From positions 1 through 64,000 of the forward strand of contig NIVC01001342.1 in NCBI GenBank assembly GCA_002269645.1: 64,000 bases of DNA. The letters are read 5' to 3'. Below the pieces are notes generated by a model, which was not told where the DNA came from, ran no database searches, and worked only from the letters and a program-made list of their open reading frames with translations. Every line of letters starts with the position of its first letter. Positions within the stretch are counted from its first letter, which is position 1. The DNA is from Macrostomum lignano (taxonomy: Eukaryota). This document shows positions 50,691-64,000 of the stretch, one piece after another. Position numbers and translations under genes: made by a program.

Positions 50691-50875
50691 CCATTAGCTT
50701 GTATTGGTAGAGTTGCCATTAGCTTGTATTGGTAGAGTTGCCATTAGCCTGTATTGGTAGAGTTGCCATTAGCTTGTATTGGTAGAGTTGCCATTAGCCT
50801 GTATTGGTAGAGTTGCCATTAGCTTGTATTGGTAGGGTTGCCATTAGCTTGTATTGGTAGAGTTGCCATTAGCTT
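50691..50875 (+). repeat. 25-bp minisatellite AGCTTGTATTGGTAGAGTTGCCATT, left part
   Basis: About 7 copies, interrupted by the LTR element. Confidence 0.95.
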
Positions 50876-51071
50876 TGTAAGACCGTGGGTTGAATTGCAG
50901 AGAATAACAAAACGTGAGGAGACCTCACTGGCTCACGCCAATATATTTATTGCCAAAGTTGGGGTGGGTGTAACCACCCTAAGCACGCACACGCCGCAGC
51001 GCTAAACCCCAACCCCCAAACCAGCCAGACGTGCACATCTAAGTGCACGCGCACCAACAAGCCAGACTACA

Positions 51072-51083
51072 CTACTTTCCCCC
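51072..51083 (-). promoter_or_regulatory. Polypurine tract of the LTR element
   Basis: Minus strand AGGGGAAAGTAG directly abuts the 3' LTR TG. Confidence 0.8.
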
Positions 51084-51241
51084 TAGAAGCAAAAGACAGT
51101 TCCAGAGTCAAGCAAAGCCCGCCATGTACAAGTCAGGTAGCCGCCGCTCTCTCGCCGACCGCCGCGGAACCGTGACCGGCTCGGCCGGTGCCGCCGGCTG
51201 CTCCTCGGGTGCCTCGTCTGCCTGCAGCTCGGGCCAGAAGG

Positions 51242-52975
51242 TCACCGCGTCGCCGCCAGGACTGCCGTCTCCATCCACTTGGAGAAGGCGTCGCACATGC
51301 TCAGGATGTACGCCTTGCCATCAGTCGTACGCGGAAGCGGCCCTTTGATGTCGATCTGCACCAGCTGCCACGGAGCCGTCGGCTGGCACGTCGACTGTAG
51401 CGGCGCCTTCTGCGGCTTGGTTGGACTCTTCTTGGCCAGGCAGACCGCACAGCTGGCCACCCAGTTCTCGACGTCCCGTCGCAGACCAGGCCACCAGCAG
51501 CGCTCAGACAATCTCGCTCCGGTCTTGTCGACGCCGAGGTGTCCGCTCTGGTCGCACGAGTGCGCCTGCTGCAGAAAATGCGGCCGCAGGTGACCGGGAA
51601 TGACTGGCCGGCCACCGACCAGCAGGACTCCCGCCGAGCTCACCGAGGCCTCGTCCAGCAGCTCGCGAACCTGCGCCGTCCATGAATCGGACAGGCTGTC
51701 AATCCCTTCGGTCAGCGCCTGGAACGCCTTGCTCAGCAGCGGATCTTGCAGTTGCTCCTCGTGCAGGCGGCTGTCGTCCCACCGAGGCTGCAGGCGCGTG
51801 CCGGCCACCCGGCTCAGCGCATCCGGCACGACGTTGTCCATGCCAGGCCGGTACAGCAGCTCGAACGAAAACTGCTGCAGCGTAGAAAGCCATCGCGCCA
51901 GCCGACCTTCGGGGTCCTTCGTTGCCAGCAGACCTTGCAGTGGCCGGTGGTCCGAGTAGACTCTGAAGCTCGGAACACTCAGCAGGTACGTCCTGAAGTG
52001 CTTCAAACTCCAGACAAGCGCCAGCAGCTCGCGGTCGGTCGCCGAGTAGTTGCGCTCGGCCTTGTTGAGGGTGCGAGAGGCGAACGCCACAGGCAGCTCG
52101 GCGTCACCGTGCAGCTGGCTGAGCAGCGCGCCGACGGCGAACTGACTGCTGTCGCAGCTGAGCACAAACTGCTTGGTGAAATCTGGCAGTCTCAGCACCG
52201 GAGCTGTCGTCAGCCGGTCCTTCAACTCGAGGAACGCTCGCTCGCAGTCGCTGCTCCACGCGAAGTCCCTCGATTTCACGCTGACGTCGTGCAGGACCCT
52301 CGCCGTCTGGCTGAAGCCTCGGATGAACCGGCGGTAGAAACCCAGCATTCCAAGAAACCGCTTCACCTCCTCGTTCGTCGTTGGGCTGGGCATGCTGCGA
52401 ATGGCCTCGACCTTGCCGGGATCCGGTGCGATGCCCTGCTCGCTGATCAGGTGTCCCAGGTACAGCACCCGGCGATGGCCGAACGCGCTCTTGGCCTTGT
52501 GCAGCTTGAGTCCCGCGTCTCGCAACCGCTTAAAAACTTCCGCCAGCCTCTCTAAGTGCTCGTCGAACGTCCTGCTGAAGACAATGATGTCGTCGATATA
52601 AGTCAGCACGGACTCCCAGGACAGGCCGGACATCACCAGCTCCATGAGCCGCTGGAACGTCGCCGGGGCATTGCACATCCCGAAGCCCATCTTGCAGAAT
52701 TGCATCAGGCCGCGCGTCGAATAGAAAGCCGTCTTGTACCGGTCCTCCTCCGCCACCTCCACCTGGTGGTAGCCCTGCCGGCAGTCGATGGTGGAGAACC
52801 AGGAGCATCCGACAAGCGCATCCATGGCCTGCTGCAGGTGCGGCAGCGGGTATGCATCCTTGACCGTGCAGGCGTTGAGCTGCCGCCAGTCCGTGCACAG
52901 TCTGATGTCGCCGTTCTTCTTGCGGACCACCAGCAGGTTGCTGGCCCATGGCGATGTCGACGGTTCGATGATGCC
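51242..52975 (-). CDS. Pol: reverse transcriptase, RNase H, integrase HHCC finger, truncated integrase core
   Basis: GIIEPSTSPWASNLLVVRKKNGDIRLCTDWRQLN, MGFGMCNAPATFQ, YIDDIIVFS, CDSSQFAVGALLSQ, NYSATDRELLA, SDHRPL, H-x6-H...C-x2-C, QIDIKGP, then TGA after KWMETAVLAATR. Confidence 0.92.
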   Translation of the reverse strand, partial: GIIEPSTSPWASNLLVVRKKNGDIRLCTDWRQLNACTVKDAYPLPHLQQAMDALVGCSWFSTIDCRQGYHQVEVAEEDRYKTAFYSTRGLMQFCKMGFGMCNAPATFQRLMELVMSGLSWESVLTYIDDIIVFSRTFDEHLERLAEVFKRLRDAGLKLHKAKSAFGHRRVLYLGHLISEQGIAPDPGKVEAIRSMPSPTTNEEVKRFLGMLGFYRRFIRGFSQTARVLHDVSVKSRDFAWSSDCERAFLELKDRLTTAPVLRLPDFTKQFVLSCDSSQFAVGALLSQLHGDAELPVAFASRTLNKAERNYSATDRELLALVWSLKHFRTYLLSVPSFRVYSDHRPLQGLLATKDPEGRLARWLSTLQQFSFELLYRPGMDNVVPDALSRVAGTRLQPRWDDSRLHEEQLQDPLLSKAFQALTEGIDSLSDSWTAQVRELLDEASVSSAGVLLVGGRPVIPGHLRPHFLQQAHSCDQSGHLGVDKTGARLSERCWWPGLRRDVENWVASCAVCLAKKSPTKPQKAPLQSTCQPTAPWQLVQIDIKGPLPRTTDGKAYILSMCDAFSKWMETAVLAATR

Positions 52976-52984
52976 GCTCCGCGT

Positions 52985-53771
52985 TGATGTTCCAACCGAC
53001 GGGGTTCTCCTGGGCCGCCTCCTGGCGACCGTCCCCGTCTGTCATCGCGCCTTCTAACGTGCCGACCGCCTTGTTGGCGTACAGCAGCACGGGCTCCTCT
53101 GCAAGGTTGCACATTTTCACCGGGATGCGGCAGTCGTCCGAGACCGCCAGCACGCGGCCCGGCAGGACGGCAGTGGACTTCACGAAGTCCTCAGACGGCT
53201 CAAAGACTCCCTGCTCGCCGCTGGAATCCACCTTGAGCCACACCAGCTTCTCGCTGCGGGCGGGCAGCTCCGTAGTTGCCGCCACACGCGCCACCAGGAC
53301 ACTCGGCACCAGGCGACAATCTGCTCGAGCCGGCTCGCTGCTGAAAGGCACAGCTGTGCCGTCGAACCTGACGACGCCTTCTTTAATGTCAATGGTCATC
53401 GCCTGCGACACCTCGCCAATGAAGTCCATGCCGATGATCAGGCTGGGCTGGATGCCGTCCACGACTGTGAAGCGATGGCGCACGCGGATGGTCTGGCCGA
53501 TCGAAACATCCGCTGCTGACAGGCCAAGGCAGCGCAGCCGGGATCCGTTGACAGCCGTCGGCAGCGCACCGATGTCGGTGGAGTCGATCTTGCACTGCAG
53601 TCTGTCGAACAGCGACTTGTCCATCAACGAAACTTGCGCGCCGGTGTCGAGCAGAGCAGGCGCTGACACGCTGCCAAAGTGCACCTTCACGAAGACTGAA
53701 GGCGCTGATCTGAGGGCCCCTTTTGAGCGGGTCGGTGCTGGCCCCAGGCTGCCGACCCTCAGAAGTTTCCC
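52985..53771 (-). CDS. Pol: aspartic protease and linker (reached by -1 frameshift from gag)
   Basis: ALLDTGAQVSLM and LIIGMDFI protease motifs in ORF 52530-53861; out of frame with RT after ~52985. Confidence 0.85.
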
Positions 53772-54553
53772 TGCGGCTGACCAGTTGGTGTCGGGCACAC
53801 CGCGGCGGAGTGACCCTTGCCTGAGCACCGGCTGCAGCGGCTGCCGATCGCCTTTGGGCACCGCCTAGCAATGTGACCCGGCTCGCCGCAGCTGAAGCAC
53901 TTAATGGGTCCCTTCTGACGCCTGTCTCTTCCGGGTGGTCCCGTTCGCACGCTGGCTGTCAGCTGCTGCATCTGCTGCTCCAGCTGGCTCAGCCGTCTGT
54001 CTTCTACCGACACCGCGGCTGATGAGGCTGTAGTTGCGTGGCTCACCAGCTCAAGCTGCGCAGCTCTGTCGACGATGGCGGCCAGCAAACACGAGTCCGC
54101 GTCCTGGTCCTTCAACAGCGCATCTCTCACGGCAGATGGCAGGAGGCGCATCAGACGAAACTTCACGTCCTTTTCCCGAGCCGCCACGGAGTCGTCCGGG
54201 CGGGCCCGAAGGTGGAGAAGCTTCAGGCTGTAGGCGAGCTCCCTCAGCGACTCGTTGGGCTGTCGCTTTCGCTCTTCAAACTCCTCCATTGCTCTGTAGC
54301 AGCTCAGACTGTTGCCGAAGCACTCGATCAGCTTCTCCTTCAGCCTTTCATAGCTGGCTGACACGTCTGCCGGCTGCTCCCAGACGAAGATTTGCGCTTC
54401 TCCTGTCACCAGCAGTCTCAGCTTCTTTGCCTTCTTCTTGTCGTCCCATTCGCAGTCGTCGGCGAAGTCCTCAAACGTGCTTAGCCACATTCTCACGTTG
54501 GAGTCGCCGCTGAACTTTGGAGGCAATAAACTGGCTTGCTCTGATTTGGCCAT
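53759..54553 (-). CDS. Gag with two CCHC zinc knuckles
   Basis: MAKSEQASLLPPKFSGDSNVRMWL...CFSCGEPGHIARRC...CSRCSGKGHSAAVC...QGNF*; the ATG lies just after the PBS. Confidence 0.92.
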   Translation of the reverse strand: MAKSEQASLLPPKFSGDSNVRMWLSTFEDFADDCEWDDKKKAKKLRLLVTGEAQIFVWEQPADVSASYERLKEKLIECFGNSLSCYRAMEEFEERKRQPNESLRELAYSLKLLHLRARPDDSVAAREKDVKFRLMRLLPSAVRDALLKDQDADSCLLAAIVDRAAQLELVSHATTASSAAVSVEDRRLSQLEQQMQQLTASVRTGPPGRDRRQKGPIKCFSCGEPGHIARRCPKAIGSRCSRCSGKGHSAAVCPTPTGQPQGNF

Positions 54554-54559
54554 ACTGAG

Positions 54560-54572
54560 ACCGCTGCCACCA
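54560..54572 (-). promoter_or_regulatory. Primer binding site complementary to the tRNA-Leu 3' end
   Basis: Minus strand TGGTGGCAGCGGT, 1 nt after the 5' LTR; complementary to ACCGCUGCCACCA, the 3' end of eukaryotic tRNA-Leu(AAG/UAG) as recalled. Confidence 0.75.
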
Positions 54573-54769
54573 GTGTAAGACCGTGGGTTGAATTGCAGAG
54601 AATAACAAAACGTGAGGAGACCTCACTGGCTCACGCCAATATATTTATTGCCAAAGTTGGGGTGGGTGTAACCACCCTAAGCACGCACACGCCGCAGCGC
54701 TAAACCCCAACCCCCAAACCAGCCAGACGTGCACATCTAAGTGCACGCGCACCAACAAGCCAGACTACA

Positions 54770-54975
54770 GCTTGTATTGGTAGGGTTGCCATTAGCTTGT
54801 ATTGGTAGAGTTGCCATTAGCTTGTATTGGTAGAGTTGCCATTAGCTTGTATTGGTAGAGTTGCCATTAGCTTGTATTGGTAGAGTTGCCATTAGCCTGT
54901 ATTGGTAGAGTTGCCATTAGCTTGTATTGGTAGAGTTGCCATTAGCTTGTATTGGTAGAGTTGCCATTAGCCTGT
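54770..54975 (+). repeat. 25-bp minisatellite, right part
   Basis: About 8 copies resuming in register after the TSD; a degenerate last unit leads into acceptor GCTTGCAG (55002). Confidence 0.95.
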
Positions 54976-55078
54976 ACTAGCTGAGTCGCCATTAGCTTGC
55001 AGCGGTGCTCCGAGTTGCTCCTTATGCTGCGGCATCTCTGACAAGACCTGGGCTGCTCATCTTCAATCGCCTGCCAAA

Positions 55079-63831
<8,753 letters not shown>

Positions 63832-63848
63832 GTGAGTCCGAATCCTAA

Positions 63849-63891
<43 letters not shown>

Positions 63892-63912
63892 ATGTATGTC
63901 TGTCTGTATGTA

Positions 63913-63949
<37 letters not shown>

Positions 63950-64000
63950 TTCTTAGTGTCTGTCTGTCTGTCTGTCTGTGTCTGTCTGTCTGTCTGTCTG
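63849..64000 (+). repeat. (TCTG)n microsatellite in POLQ intron 8
   Basis: Begins about 17 nt after the donor GTGAGT at 63832. Confidence 0.97.

Larger units (their letters stand above)
50876..54769 (-). mobile_element. Ty3/Gypsy LTR retrotransposon, 3894 bp, young, internally deleted (non-autonomous)
   Basis: 196-bp LTRs TGTAAG...CTACA at 50876-51071 and 54574-54769, identical as read; 4-bp TSD GCTT; PBS and PPT present; domain order gag-PR-RT-RH-IN on the minus strand. Confidence 0.97.

Overview
Eukaryotic, intron-rich genomic DNA with GC-rich exons, AT-rich intergenic DNA and minisatellite-filled introns. The style suggests the flatworm Macrostomum lignano, but that is inference. In order, the window holds: the 3' end of an RNF213/mysterin-like E3 ligase with an intact RZ finger and several 1-nt frame breaks (<1-5545); a COX6B gene; a two-exon rhodopsin-class orphan peptide-GPCR-like gene (15675-17443); a ~17 kb satellite of 21-28 bp monomers with measurable higher-order periods of 397, 1243 and 2246 bp (18078-35058); an intronless secreted 8-Cys cationic peptide resembling the fungal CBM52 beta-glucan-binding module (37482-37691); a possible beta-trefoil pseudogene; MRTO4; an orphan repeat-containing ORF; a very young, internally deleted Gypsy LTR element with identical 196-bp LTRs inserted in a minisatellite just upstream of POLQ; and the 5' part of POLQ (DNA polymerase theta), which runs off the window end. 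Several non-autonomous DNA transposons are present (hAT with 8-bp TSD, Harbinger-like, foldback types). The most notable patterns are (i) intronic minisatellites anchored on, and apparently built from, splice donors, branch points and acceptor tracts, (ii) the CBM52-like secreted peptide, and (iii) the higher-order satellite.
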